DNA of 64,000 nucleotides from Squalus acanthias (GCA_030390025.1 CM059432.1:92258001-92322000), one strand, 5' to 3'. Shown: positions 13,401 to 28,400, counted from the first letter of the stretch. Translations and numbers: made by a program. Notes: generated by a model from the letters alone, not told the origin.

Positions 13401-16400
13401 TTAGTGCTGTTTCTGTATTCGTGCTGGATTAGTGCTGTTTCTGTATTCGTGCTGGATTAATGCTGTTTCTGTATTCGTGCTGGATTAGTGCTGTTTCTGT
13501 ATTTGTGCTGGATTAGTGCTGTTTCTGTATTCGTGCTGGATTAATCCTGTTTCTGTATTTGTGCTGGATTAGTGCTGTTTCTGTATTCGTGCTGGATTAG
13601 TGCTGTTTCTGTATTTGTGCTGGATTAATGCTGTTTCTGTATTCGTGCTGGATTAGTGCTGTTTCTGTATTTGTGCTGGATTAGTGCTGTTTCTGTATTC
13701 GTGCTGGATTAATGCTGTTTCTGTATTCATGCTGGATTAGTGCTGTTTCTGTATTCGTGCTGGATTAGTGCTGTTTCTGTATTTGTGCTGGATTAGTGCT
13801 GTTTCTGTATTCATGCTGGATTAATGCTGTTTCTGTATTTGTGCTGGATTAGTGCTGTTTCTGTATTCATGCTGGATTAGTGCTGTTTCTGTATTCGTGC
13901 TGGATTAATGCTGTTTCTGTATTCATGCTGGATTAGTGCTGTTTCTGTATTCGTGCTGGATTAGTGCTGTTTCTGTATTTGTGCTGGATTAGTGCTGTTT
14001 CTGTATTCATGCTGGATTAATGCTGTTTCTGTATTTGTGCTGGATTAGTGCTGTTTCTGTATTCGCACTGGATTAATGCTGTTTCTGTATTCGTGCTGGA
14101 TTAATGCTGTTTCTGTATTCATGCTGGATTAGTGCTGTTTCTGTATTCATGCTGGATTAGTGCTGTTTCTGTATTCGTGCTGGATTAGTGCTGTTTCTGT
14201 ATTCATGCTGGATTAGTGCTGTTTCTGTATTCGTGCTGGATTAGTGCTGTTTCTGTATTTGTGCTGGATTAATGCTGTTTCTGTATTTGTGCTGGATTAG
14301 TGCTGTTTCTGTATTTGTGCTGGATTAGTGCTGTTTCTATATTTGTGCTGGATTAATGCTGTTTCTCTATTTGTGCTGGATTAGTGCTGTTTCTGTATTC
14401 GTGCTGGATTAATGCTGTTTAGATATTCGTGCTGGATTAATGCTGTTTCTGTATTTGTGCTGGATTAGTGCTGTTTCTGTATTTGTGCTGGATTAATGCT
14501 GTTTCTGTATTTGTGCTGGATTAGTGCTGTTTCTGTATTCGTGCTGGATTAATGCTGTTTCTGTATTCGTGCTGGATTAATGCTGTTTAGATATTCGTGC
14601 TGGATTAATGCTGTTTCTATATTTGTGCTGGATTAGTGTTGTTTCTGTATTCATGCTGGATTAATGCTGTTTAGATATTTGTGCTGGATTAGTGCTGTTT
14701 CTATATTCGTGCTGGATTAATGCTGTTTCTATATTCGTGCTGGATTAATGCTGTTTCTATATTCGTGCTGGATTAATGCTGTTTCTATATTCGTGCTGGA
14801 TTAATGCTGTTTCTATATTCGTGCTGGATTAATGCTGTTTCTGTATTCGTGCTGGATTAATGCTGTTTCTGTATTTGTGCTGGATTAATGCTGTTTCTGT
14901 ATTCATGCTGGATTAATGCTGTTTCTGTATTCGCACTGGATTAATGCTGTTTCTGTATTCATGCTGGATTAATGCTGTTTCTGTATTCATGCTGGATTAG
15001 TGCTGTTTCTGTATTCATGCTGGATTAGTGCTGTTTCTGTATTCGCACTGGATTAATGCTGTTTCTGTATTCATGCTGGATTAGTGCTGTTTCTGTATTT
15101 GTGCTGGATTAATGCTGTTTCTGTATTCGCACTGGATTAATGCTGTTTCTGTATTCATGCTGGATTAGTGCTGTTTCTGTATTCATGCTGGATTAGTGCT
15201 GTTTCTGTATTCGCACTGGATTAATGCTGTTTCTGTATTCATGCTGGATTAGTGCTGTTTCTGTATTTGTGCTGGATTAATGCTGTTTCTGTATTCGTGC
15301 TGGATTAATGCTGTTTCTGTATTCATGCTGGATTAATGCTGTTTCTGTATTTGTGCTGGATTAGTGCTGTTTCTGTATTTGTGCTGGATTAATGCTGTTT
15401 CTGTATTCGTGCTGGATTAATGCTGTTTCTGTATTTGTGCTGGATTAATGCTGTTTCTGTATTCGTGCTGGATTAATGCTGTTTCTGTATTTGTGCTGGA
15501 TTAGTGCTGTTTCTGTATTCGTGCTGGATTAATGCTGTTTCTGTATTTGTGCTGGATTAATGCTGTTTCTGTATTTGTGCTGGATTAATGCTGTTTCTGT
15601 ATTTGTGCTGGATTAATGCTGTTTCTGTATTTGTGCTGGATTAATGCTGTTTCTGTATTCGTGCTGGATTAGTGCTGTTTCTGTATTTGTGCTGGATTAA
15701 TGCTGTTTCTGTATTTGTGCTGGATTAATGCTGTTTCTGTATTCGTGCTGGATTAATGCTGTTTCTGTATTTGTGCTGGATTAGTGCTGTTTCTGTATTC
15801 GTGCTGGATTAGTGCTGTTTCTGTATTCATGCTGGATTAATGCTGTTTCTGTATTTGTGCTGGATTAATGCTGTTTCTGTATTCGTGCTGGATTAATGCT
15901 GTTTCTGTATTCGTGCTGGATTAATGCTGTTTCTGTATTCGTGCTGGATTAATGCTGTTTCTGTATTTGTGCTGGATTAATGCTGTTTCTGTATTTGTGC
16001 TGGATTAATGCTGTTTCTGTATTCGTGCTGGATTAGTGCTGTTTCTGTATTTGTGCTGGATTAGTGCTGTTTCTGTATTTGTGCTGGATTAATGCTGTTT
16101 CTGTATTCGTGCTGGATTAGTGCTGTTTCTGTATTTGTGCTGGATTAATGCTGTTTCTGTATTCGTGCTGGATTAGTGCTGTTTCTGTATTTGTGCTGGA
16201 TTAGTGCTGTTTCTGTATTTGTGCTGGATTAGTGCTGTTTCTGTATTCGTGCTGGATTAGTGCTGTTTCTGTATTTGTGCTGGATTAGTGCTGTTTCTGT
16301 ATTTGTGCTGGATTAATGCTGTTTCTGTATTTGTGCTGGATTAATGCTGTTTCTGTATTCATGCTGGATTAATGCTGTTTCTGTATTCGTGCTGGATTAG

Positions 16401-19400
16401 TGCTGTTTCTGTATTTGTGCTGGATTAATGCTGTTTCTGTATTCGTGCTGGATTAGTGCTGTTTCTGTATTGATGCTGGATTAATGCTGTTTCTGTATTC
16501 GTGCTGGATTAGTGCTGTTTCTGTATTCATGCTGGATTAATGCTGTTTCTTTATTCGTGCTGGATTAGTGCTGTTTCTGCATTCATGCTGGATTAGTGCT
16601 GTTTCTGTATTCGTGCTGGATTAGTGCTGTTTCTGTATTCATGCTGGATTAGTGCTGTTTCTGTATTCATGCTGGATTAATGCTGTTTCTGTATTTGTGC
16701 TGGATTAATGCTGTTTCTGTATTTGTGCTGGATTAGTGCTGTTTCTGCATTTGTGCTGGATTAGTGCTGTTTCTGTATTTGTGCTGGATTAATGCTGTTT
16801 CTGTATTTGTGCTGGATTAGTGCTGTTTCTGTATTCGTGCTGGATTAATGCTGTTTCTGTATTTGTGCTGGATTAGTGCTGTTTCTGTATTCGTGCTGGA
16901 TTAATGCTGTTTAGATATTCGTGCTGGATTAATGCTGTTTCTGTATTCATGCTGGATTAGTGCTGTTTCTATATTCGTGCTGGATTAATGCTGTTTCTAT
17001 ATTCGTGCTGGATTAATGCTGTTTCTATATTCGTGCTGGATTAATGCTGTTTCTATATTCGTGCTGGATTAATGCTGTTTCTATATTCGTGCTGGATTAA
17101 TGCTGTTTCTGTATTCATGCTGGATTAATGCTGTTTCTATATTCGTGCTGGATTAATGCTGTTTCTGTATTCATGCTGGATTAATGCTGTTTCTATATTT
17201 GTGCTGGATTAATGCTGTTTCTGTATTCATGCTGGATTAGTGCTGTTTCTGTATTTGTGCTGGATTAATGCTGTTTCTGTATTCGTGCTGGATTAATGCT
17301 GTTTCTGTATTCATGCTGGATTAGTGCTGTTTCTGTATTCGCACTGGATTAATGCTGTTTCTGTATTCATGCTGGATTAGTGCTGTTTCTGTATTCGCAC
17401 TGGATTAATGCTGTTTCTGTATTCATGCTGGATTAGTGCTGTTTCTGTATTTGTGCTGGATTAATGCTGTTTCTGTATTCGTGCTGGATTAATGCTGTTT
17501 CTGTATTCGTGCTGGATTAGTGCTGTTTCTGTATTCGTGCTGGATTAATGCTGTTTCTGTATTTGTGCTGGATTAATGCTGTTTCTGTATTTGTGCTGGA
17601 TTAATGCTGTTTCTGTATTTGTGCTGGATTAATGCTGTTTCTGTATTCGTGCTGGATTAATGCTGTTTCTGTATTTGTGCTGGATTAGTGCTGTTTCTGT
17701 ATTTGTGCTGGATTAATGCTGTTTCTGTATTTGTGCTGGATTAATGCTGTTTCTGTATTTGTGCTGGATTAGTGCTGTTTCTGTATTTGTGCTGGATTAA
17801 TGCTGTTTCTGTATTTGTGCTGGATTAATGCTGTTTCTGTATTTGTGCTAGATTAATGCTGTTTCTGTATTTGTGCTGGATTAATGCTGTTTCTATATTT
17901 GTGCTGGATTAATGCTGTTTCTGTATTTGTGCTGGATTAATGCTGTTTCTGTATTCGTGCTGGATTAGTGCTGTTTCTGTATTCGTGCTGGATTAATGCT
18001 GTTTCTGTATTTGTGCTGGATTAATGCTGTTTCTGTATTCGTGCTGGATTAGTGCTGTTTCTGTATTCGTGCTGGATTAATGCTGTTTCTGTATTCGTGC
18101 TGGATTAATGCTGTTTCTATATTTGTGCTGGATTAATGCTGTTTCTGTATTTGTGCTGGATTAATGCTGTTTCTGTATTCGTGCTGGATTAGTGCTGTTT
18201 CTGTATTCGTGCTGGATTAATGCTGTTTCTGTATTCGTGCTGGATTAATGCTGTTTCTGTATTCGTGCTGGATTAATGCTGTTTCTGTATTCGTGCTGGA
18301 TTAATGCTGTTTCTGTATTCGTGCTGGATTAATGCTGTTTCTGTATTCGTGCTGGATTAATGCTGTTTCTGTATTCGTGCTGGATTAATGCTGTTTCTGT
18401 ATTCGTGCTGGATTAATGCTGTTTCTGTATTCGTGCTGGATTAGTGCTGTTTCTGTATTTGTGCTGGATTAATGCTGTTTCTGTATTTGTGCTGGATTAA
18501 TGCTGTTTCTGTATTCGTGCTTGATTAGTGCTGTTTCTGTATTGATGCTGGATTAATGCTGTTTCTGTATTCGTGCTGGATTAGTGCTGTTTCTGTATTC
18601 ATGCTGGATTAATGCTGTTTCTGTATTCGTGCTGGATTAGTGCTGTTTCTGTATTCATGCTGGATTAGTGCTGTTTCTGTATTCATGCTGGATTAATGCT
18701 GTTTCTGTATTCATGCTGGATTAATGCTGTTTCTGTATTCGTGCTGGATTAGTGCTGTTTCTGTATTCATGCTGGATTAGTGCTGTTTCTGTATTCATGC
18801 TGGATTAATGCTGTTTCTGTATTCATGCTGGATTAATGCTGTTTCTGTATTCGTGCTGGATTAGTGCTGTTTCTGTATTTGTGCTGGATTAATGCTGTTT
18901 CTGTATTTGTGCTGGATTAATGCTGTTTCTGTATTTGTGCTGGATTAATGCTGTTTCTGTATTTGTGCTGGATTAGTGCTGTTTCTGTATTTGTGCTGGA
19001 TTAATGCTGTTTCTGTATTTGTGCTGGATTAATGCTGTTTCTGTATTTGTGCTGGATTAATGCTGTTTCTGTATTCATGCTGGATTAATGCTGTTTCTGT
19101 ATTCATGCTGGATTAATGCTGTTTCTGTATTCGTGCTGGATTAGTGCTGTTTCTGTATTCATGCTGGATTAATGCTGTTTCTGTATTCATGCTGGATTAA
19201 TGCTGTTTCTATATTCGTGCTGGATTAATGCTGTTTCTATATTCGTGCTGGATTAATGCTGTTTCTGTATTCGTGCTGGATTATTGCTGTTTCTGTATTT
19301 GTGCTGGATTAGTGCTGTTTCTGTATTCGTGCTGGATTAATGCTGTTTCTCTATTCGTGCTGGATTAATGCTGTTTCTCTATTCGTGCTGGATTAATGCT

Positions 19401-22400
19401 GTTTCTGTATTTGTGCTGGATTAGTGCTGTTTCTGTATTCGTGCTGGATTAATGCTGTTTCTGTATTTGTGCTGGATTAATGCTGTTTCTGTATTCGTGC
19501 TGGATTAATGCTGTTTCTGTATTCGTGCTGGATTAATGCTGTTTCTGTATTCGTGCTGGATTAATGCTGTTTCTGTATTTGTGCTGGATTAGTGCTGTTT
19601 CTGTATTCGTGCTGGATTAGTGCTGTTTCTGTATTCGTGCTGGATTAATGCTGTTTCTGTATTCATGCTGGATTAATGCTGTTTCTGTATTCGTGCTGGA
19701 TTAGTGCTGTTTCTGTATTCGTGCTGGATTAATGCTGTTTCTGTATTCGTGCTGGATTAATGCTGTTTCTGTATTTGTGCTGGATTAGTGCTGTTTCTGT
19801 ATTCATGCTGGATTAATGCTGTTTCTGTATTTGTGCTGGATTAATGCTGTTTCTGTATTCGTGCTGGATTAGTGCTGTTTCTGTATTTGTGCTGGATTAA
19901 TGCTGTTTCTGTATTCGTGCTGGATTAGTGCTGTTTCTGTATTCGTGCTGGATTAATGCTGTTTCTGTATTTGTGCTGGATTAGTGCTGTTTCTGTATTC
20001 GTGCTGGATTAGTGCTGTTTCTGTATTTGTGCTGGATTAATGCTGTTTCTGTATTCGTGCTGGATTAATGCTGTTTCTGTATTTGTGCTGGATTAATGCT
20101 GTTTCTGTATTCGTGCTGGATTAGTGCTGTTTCTGTATTCGTGCTGGATTAGTGCTGTTTCTGTATTTGTGCTGGATTAATGCTGTTTCTGTATTCGTGC
20201 TGGATTAGTGCTGTTTCTGTATTTGTGCTGGATTAGTGCTGTTTCTGTATTCGTGCTGGATTAATGCTGTTTCTGTATTCGTGCTGGATTAGTGCTGTTT
20301 CTGTATTCGTGCTGGATTAGTGCTGTTTCTGTATTCGTGCTGGATTAATGCTGTTTCTGTATTCGTGCTGGATTAATGCTGTTTCTGTATTTGTGCTGGA
20401 TTAGTGCTGTTTCTGTATTCGTGATGGATTAATGCTGTTTCTGTATTGTGCTGGATTAGTGCTGTTTCTGTATTTCGTGCTGGATTAGTGCTGTTTCTGT
20501 ATTCGTGCTGGATTAGTGCTGTTTCTGTATTTGTGCTGGAATTAGTGCTGTTTCTGTATTCGTGCTGGATTAGTGCTGTTTCTGTATTCGTGCTGGATTA
20601 GTGCTGTTTCTGTATTTGTGCTGGATTAGTGCTGTTTCTGTATTCGTGCTGGATTAATGCCTGTTTCTGTATTTGTGCTGGATTAGTGCTGTTTCTGTAT
20701 TCGTGCTGGATTAGTGCTGTTTCTGTATTTGTGCTGGATTAATGCTGTTTCTGTATTCGTGCTGGATTAGTGCTGTTTCTGTATTTGTGCTGGATTAGTG
20801 CTGTTTCTGTATTCGTGCTGGATTAATGCTGTTTCTGTATTCATGCTGGATTAGTGCTGTTTCTGTATTCGTGCTGGATTAGTGCTGTTTCTGTATTTGT
20901 GCTGGATTAGTGCTGTTTCTGTATTCGTGCTGGATTAATGCTGTTTCTGTATTTGTGCTGGATTAGTGCTGTTTCTGTATTCGTGCTGGATTAATGCTGT
21001 TTCTGTATTTGTGCTGGATTAGTGCTGTTTCTGTATTTGTGCTGGATTAATGCTGTTTCTGTATTCAGTGCTGGATTAGTGCTGTTTCTGTATTTGTGCT
21101 GGATTAATGCTGTTTCTGTATTCGTGCTGGATTAATGCTGTTTCTGTATTCGTGCTGGATTAATGCTGTTTCTGTATTTGTGCTGGATTAGTGCTGTTTC
21201 TGTATTCGTGCTGGATTAATGCTGTTTCTGTATTCGTGCTGGATTAATGCTGTTTCTGTATTTGTGCTGGATTAGTGCTGTTTCTGTATTTGTGCTGGAT
21301 TAATGCTGTTTCTGTATTCGTGCTGGATTAATGCTGTTTCTGTATTCATGCTGGATTAGTGCTGTTTCTATATTTGTGCTGGATTAATGCTGTTTCTGTA
21401 TGTCAGTGACTGGATTAATGCTGTTTCTGTATTCGTGCTGGATTAATGCTGTTTCTGTATTCGTGCTGGATTAGTGCTGTTTCTGTATTCGTGCTGGATT
21501 AATGCTGTTTCTGTATTCGTGCTGGATTATGCTGTTTCTGTATTCGTGCTGGATTAATGCTGTTTCTGTATTCGTGCTGGATTAATGCTGTTTCTGTATT
21601 CGTGCTGGATTATGCTGTTTCTGTATTTGTGCTGGATTAATGCTGTTTCTGTATTTGTGCTGGATTAATGCTGTTTCTGTATTTGCTGGATATTGCAGTT
21701 TCTGTATTAGTGCTGGATTAGTGCGTTTCTGTATTTGTGCTGGATTAATGCTGTTTCTGTATTTGTGCTGGATTAATGCTGTTTCTGTATTCATGCTGGA
21801 TTAATGCTGTTTCTGTATTTGTGCTGGATTATGCTGTTTCTGTATTCTATGCTGGATTAGTGCTGTTTCTGTATTTGTGCTGGATTAATGCTGTTTCTGT
21901 ATTCAGTGCTGGATTAGTGCTGTTTCTGTATTTGTGCTGGATTAATGCTGTTTCTGTATTCATGCTGGATTAGTGCTGTTTCTGTATTCATGCTGGATTA
22001 ATGCTGTTTCTGTATTCATGCTGGATTAGTGCTGTTTCTGTATTTGTGCTGGATTAATGCTGTTTCTGTATTCATGCTGGATTAGTGCTGTTTCTGTATT
22101 CATGCTGGATTAATGCTGTTTCTGTATTCATGCTGGATTAGTGCTGTTTCTGTATTTGTGCTGGATTAATGCTGTTTCTGTATTTGTGCTGGATTAGTGC
22201 TGTTTCTGTATTCGTGCTGGATTAGTGCTGTTTCTGTATTTGTGCTGGATTAATGCTGTTTCTGTATTCATGCTGGATTAGTGCTGTTTCTGTATTTGTG
22301 CTGGATTAGTGCTGTTTCTGTATTTGTGCTGGATTAATGCTGTTTCTGTATTCATGCTGGATTAATGCTGTTTCTGTATTTGTGCTGGATTAGTGCTGTT

Positions 22401-25400
22401 TCTGTATTCATGCTGGATTAGTGCTGTTTCTGTATTTGTGCTGGATTAATGCTGTTTCTGTATTCATGCTGGATTAGTGCTGTTTCTGTATTTGTGCTGG
22501 ATTAATGCTGTTTCTGTATTTGTGCTGGATTAGTGCTGTTTCTGTATTCGTGCTGGATTAATGCTGTTTCTGTATTCGTGCTGGATTAATGCTGTTTCTG
22601 TATTCATGCTGGATTAATGCTGTTTCTGTATTTGTGCTGGATTAATGCTGTTTCTGTATTTGTGCTGGATTAATGCTGTTTCTGTATTCGTGCTGGATTA
22701 ATGCTGTTTCTGTATTCGTGCTGGATTAGTGCTGTTTCTGTATTTGTGCTGGATTAATGCTGTTTCTGTATTTGTGCTGGATTAGTGCTGTTTCTGTATT
22801 CGTGCTGGATTAATGCTGTTTCTATATTCGTGCTGGATTAATGCTGTTTCTGTATTCATGCTGGATTAATGCTGTTTCTGTATTTGTGCTGGATTAATGC
22901 TGTTTCTGTATTCGTGCTGGATTAATGCTGTTTCTGTATTCGTGCTGGATTAGTGCTGTTTCTGTATTCATGCTGGATTAGTGCTGTTTCTGTATTTGTG
23001 CTGGATTAGTGCTGTTTCTGTATTCGTGCTGGATTAGTGCTGTTTCTGTATTCGTGCTGGATTAGTGCTGTTTCTGTATTTGTGCTGGATTAGTGCTGTT
23101 TCTGTATTTGTGCTGGATTACTGCTGTTTCTGTATTTGTGCTGGATTAGTGCTGTTTCTGTATTTGTGCTGGATTAGTGCTGTTTCTGTATTTGTGCTGG
23201 ATTAATGCTGTTTCTGTATTTGTGCTGGATTAGTGCTGTTTCTGTATTTGTGCTGGATTAGTGCTGTTTCTGTATTTGTGCTGGATTAGTGCTGTTTCTG
23301 TATTTGTGCTGGATTAGTGCTGTTTCTGTATTTGTGCTGGATTGATGCTGTTTCTGTATTTGTGCTGGATTAATGCTGTTTCTGTATTTGTGCTGGATTA
23401 ATGCTGTTTCTGTATTCATGCTGGATTAGTGCTGTTTCTGTATTTGTGCTGGATTAGTGCTGTTTCTGTATTTGTGCTGGATTAATGCTGTTTCTGTATT
23501 TGTGCTGGATTAATGCTGTTTCTGTATTCGTGCTGGATTAGTGCTGTTTCTGTATTCATGCTGGATTAGTGCTGTTTCTGTATTTGTGCTGGATTAATGC
23601 TGTTTCTGTATTTGTGCTGGATTAATGCTGTTTCTGTATTTGTGCTGGATTAATGCTGTTTCTGTATTCATGCTGGATTAGTGCTGTTTCTGTATTTGTG
23701 CTGGATTAATGCTGTTTCTGTATTTGTGCTGGATTAATGCTGTTTCTGTATTCGTGCTAGATTAATGCTGTTTCTGTATTTGTGCTGGATTAGTGCTGTT
23801 TCTGTATTTGTGCTGGATTAGTGCTGTTTCTGTATTCGTGCTGGATTAATGCTGTTTCTGTATTCGTGCTGGATTAGTGCTGTTTCTGTATTCGTGCTGG
23901 ATTAATGCTGTTTCTGTATTTGTGCTGGATTAATGCTGTTTCTGTATTTGTGCTGGATTAGTGCTGTTTCTGTATTTGTGCTGGATTAATGCTGTTTCTG
24001 TATTTGTGCTGGATTAGTGCTGTTTCTGTATTTGTGCTGGATTAGTGCTGTTTCTGTATTTGTGCTGGATTAGTGCTGTTTCTGTATTCGTGCTGGATTA
24101 ATGCTGTTTCTGTATTCGTGCTGGATTAGTGCTGTTTCTGTATTCGTGCTGGATTAATGCTGTTTCTGTATTTGTGCTGGATTAGTGCTGTTTCTGTATT
24201 TGTGCTGGATTAGTGCTGTTTCTGTATTTGTGCTGGATTAGTGCTGTTTCTGTATTTGTGCTGGATTAGTGCTGTTTCTGTATTCGTGCTGGATTAGTGC
24301 TGTTTCTGTATTTGTGCTGGATTAGTGCTGTTTCTGTATTTGTGCTGGATTAGTGCTGTTTCTGTATTTGTGCTGGATTAGTGCTGTTTCTGTATTCGTG
24401 CTGGATTAGTGCTGTTTCTGTATTCGTGCTGGATTAATGCTGTTTCTGTATTCATGCTGGATTAGTGCTGTTTCTGTATTTGTGCTGGATTAGTGCTGTT
24501 TCTGTATTTGTGCTGGATTAATGCTGTTTCTGTATTTGTGCTGGATTAATGCTGTTTCTGTATTCGTGCTGGATTAATGCTGTTTCTGTATTTGTGCTGG
24601 ATTAATGCTGTTTCTGTATTCGTGCTGGATTAATGCTGTTTCTGTATTTGTGCTGGATTAATGCTGTTTCTGTATTCGTGCTGGATTAATGCTGTTTCTG
24701 TATTTGTGCTGGATTAATGCTGTTTCTGTATTCGTGCTGGATTAATGCTGTTTCTGTATTTGTGCTGGATTAATGCTGTTTCTGTATTCGTGCTGGATTA
24801 GTGCTGTTTCTGTATTTGTGCTGGATTAATGCTGTTTCTGTATTTGTGCTGGATTAATGCTGTTTCTGTATTCGTGCTGGATTAATGCTGTTTCTGTATT
24901 CGTGCTGGATTAGTGCTGTTTCTGTATTTGTGCTGGATTAATGCTGTTTCTGTATTCGTGCTGGATTAGTGCTGTTTCTGTAATTGTGCTGGATTAATGC
25001 TGTTTCTGTATTCATGCTGGATTAATGCTGTTTCTGTATTTGTGCTGGATTAATGCTGTTTCTGTATTCATGCTGGATTAATGCTGTTTCTGTATTCGTG
25101 CTAGATTAATGCTGTTTCTGTATTTGTGCTGGATTAATGCTGTTTCTGTATTCGTGCTGGATTAGTGCTGTTTCTGTATTTGTGCTGGATTAATGCTGTT
25201 TCTGTATTCGTGCTGGATTAGTGCTGTTTCTGTATTTGTGCTGGATTAATGCTGTTTCTGTATTCATGCTGGATTAATGCTGTTTCTGTATTTGTGCTGG
25301 ATTAATGCTGTTTCTGTATTCATGCTGGATTAATGCTGTTTCTGTATTCGTGCTAGATTAATGCTGTTTCTGTATTTGTGCTGGATTAATGCTGTTTCTG

Positions 25401-28400
25401 TATTCATGCTGGATTAATGCTGTTTCTGTATTTGTGCTGGATTAGTGCTGTTTCTGTATTTGTGCTGGATTAGTGCTGTTTCTGTATTTGTGCTGGATTA
25501 GTGCTGTTTCTGTATTCGTGCTGGATTAATGCTGTTTCTGTATTTGTGCTGGATTAGTGCTGTTTCTGTATTTGTGCTGGATTAATGCTGTTTCTGTATT
25601 GGTGCTGGATTAATGCTGTTTCTGTATTCGTGCTGGATTAATGCTGTTTCTGTATTTGTGCTGGATTAATGCTGTTTCTGTATTTGTGCTGGATTAGTGC
25701 TGTTTCTGTATTTGTGCTGGATTAGTGCTGTTTCTGTATTTGTGCTGGATTAGTGCTGTTTCTGTATTTGTGCTGGATTAGTGCTGTTTCTGTATTTGTG
25801 CTGGATTAGTGCTGTTTCTGTATTTGTGCTGGATTAGTGCTGTTTCTGTATTCATGCTGGATTAATGCTGTTTCTGTATTTGTGCTGGATTAATGCTGTT
25901 TCTGTATTTGTGCTGGATTAGTGCTGTTTCTGTATTCATGCTGGATTAATGCTGTTTCTGTATTCATGCTGGATTAGTGCTGTTTCTGTATTCATGCTGG
26001 ATTAATGCTGTTTCTGTATTTGTGCTGGATTAATGCTGTTTCTGTATTTGTGCTGGATTAATGCTGTTTCTGTATTCATGCTGGATTAATGCTGTTTCTG
26101 TATTTGTGCTGGATTAATGCTGTTTCTGTATTCGTGCTGGATTAATGCTGTTTCTGTATTCGTGCTGGATTAATGCTGTTTCTGTATTCGTGCTGGATTA
26201 ATGCTGTTTAGATATTCGTGCTGGATTAATGCTGTTTCTATATTTGTGCTGGATTAGTGTTGTTTCTGTATTCATGCTGGATTAATGCTGTTTAGATATT
26301 AGTGCTGGATTAGTGCTGTTTCTATATTCGTGTTGGATTAATGCTGTTTCTGTATTTGTGCTGGATTAGTGCTGTTTCTGTATTCATGCTGGATTAGTGC
26401 TGTTTCTGTATTCATGCTGGATTAATGCTGTTTCTATATTCGTGCTGGATTAATGCTGTTTCTATATTCGTGCTGGATTAGTGCTGTTTCTGTATTCGTG
26501 CTGGATTAATGCTGTTTCTGTATTTGTGCTGGATTAGTGCTGTTTCTGTATTCGCACTGGATTAATGCTGTTTCTGTATTTGTGCTGGATTAGTGCTGTT
26601 TCTGTATTCGCACTGGATTAATGCTGTTTCTGTATTCATGCTGGATTAATGCTGTTTCTGTATTTGTGCTGGATTAGTGCTGTTTCTGTATTCGCACTGG
26701 ATTAATGCTGTTTCTGTATTCATGCTGGATTAGTGCTGTTTCTGTATTCGTGCTGGATTAATGCTGTTTCTGTATTCATGCTGGATTAATGCTGTTTCTG
26801 TATTCGTGCTGGATTAATGCTGTTTCTGTATTCATGCTGGATTAATGCTGTTTCTGTATTTGTGCTGGATTAGTGCTGTTTCTGTATTCGTGCTGGATTA
26901 ATGCTGTTTCTCTATTCGTGCTGGATTAATGCTGTTTCTCTATTCGTGCTGGATTAATGCTGTTTCTGTATTCATGCTGGATTAATGCTGTTTCTGTATT
27001 TGTGCTGGATTAGTGCTGTTTCTGTATTCGTGCTGGATTAGTGCTGTTTCTGTATTCGTGCTGGATTAATGCTGTTTCTCTATTCGTGCTGGATTAATGC
27101 TGTTTCTGTATTCATGCTGGATTAATGCTGTTTCTGTATTCATGCTGGATTAGTGCTGTTTCTGTATTTGTGCTGGATTAGTGCTGTTTCTGTATTCATG
27201 CTGGATTAATGCTGTTTCTGTATTCATGCTGGATTAATGCTGTTTCTGTATTCGTGCTGGATTAATGCTGTTTCTGTATTCGTGCTGGATTAGTGCTGTT
27301 TCTGTATTTGTGCTGGATTAATGCTGTTTCTGTATTTGTGCTGGATTAGTGCTGTTTCTGTATTTGTGCTGGATTAATGCTGTTTCTGTATTTGTGCTGG
27401 ATTAGTGCTGTTTCTGTATTTGTGCTGGATTAGTGCTGTTTCTGTATTCGTGCTGGATTAATGCTGTTTCTGTATTCGTGCTGGATTAGTGCTGTTTCTG
27501 TATTTGTGCTGGATTAGTGCTGTTTCTGTATTCGTGCTGGATTAATGCTGTTTCTGTATTCGTGCTGGATTAGTGCTGTTTCTGTATTCGTGCTGGATTA
27601 GTGCTGTTTCTGTATTCGTGCTGGATTAATGCTGTTTCTGTATTCGTGCTGGATTAATGCTGTTTCTGTATTCGTGCTGGATTAGTGCTGTTTCTGTATT
27701 TGTGCTGGATTAGTGCTGTTTCTGTATTCGTGCTGGATTAATGCTGTTTCTGTATTCGTGCTGGATTAGTGCTGTTTCTGTATTCGTGCTGGATTAGTGC
27801 TGTTTCTGTATTCGTGCTGGATTAATGCTGTTTCTGTATTCGTGCTGGATTAGTGCTGTTTCTGTATTCGTGCTGGATTAATGCTGTTTCTGTATTCGTG
27901 CTGGATTAATGCTGTTTCTGTATTTGTGCTGGATTAGTGCTGTTTCTGTATTCGTGCTGGATTAGTGCTGTTTCTGTATTCGTGCTGGATTAATGCTGTT
28001 TCTGTATTCGTGCTGGATTAGTGCTGTTTCTGTATTCGTGCTGGATTAATGCTGTTTCTGTATTCGTGCTGGATTAATGCTGTTTCTGTATTCGTGCTGG
28101 ATTAATGCTGTTTCTGTATTCATGCTGGATTAGTGCTGTTTCTGTATTTGTGCTGGATTAGTGCTGTTTCTGTATTCATGCTGGATTAATGCTGTTTCTG
28201 TATTCGTGCTGGATTAGTGCTGTTTCTGTATTCATGCTGGATTAGTGCTGTTTCTGTATTTGTGCTGGATTAGTGCTGTTTCTGTATTCATGCTGGATTA
28301 GTGCTGTTTCTGTATTCGTGCTGGATTAGTGCTGTTTCTGTATTCATGCTGGATTAATGCTGTTTCTGTATTCGTGCTGGATTAATGCTGTTTCTGTATT

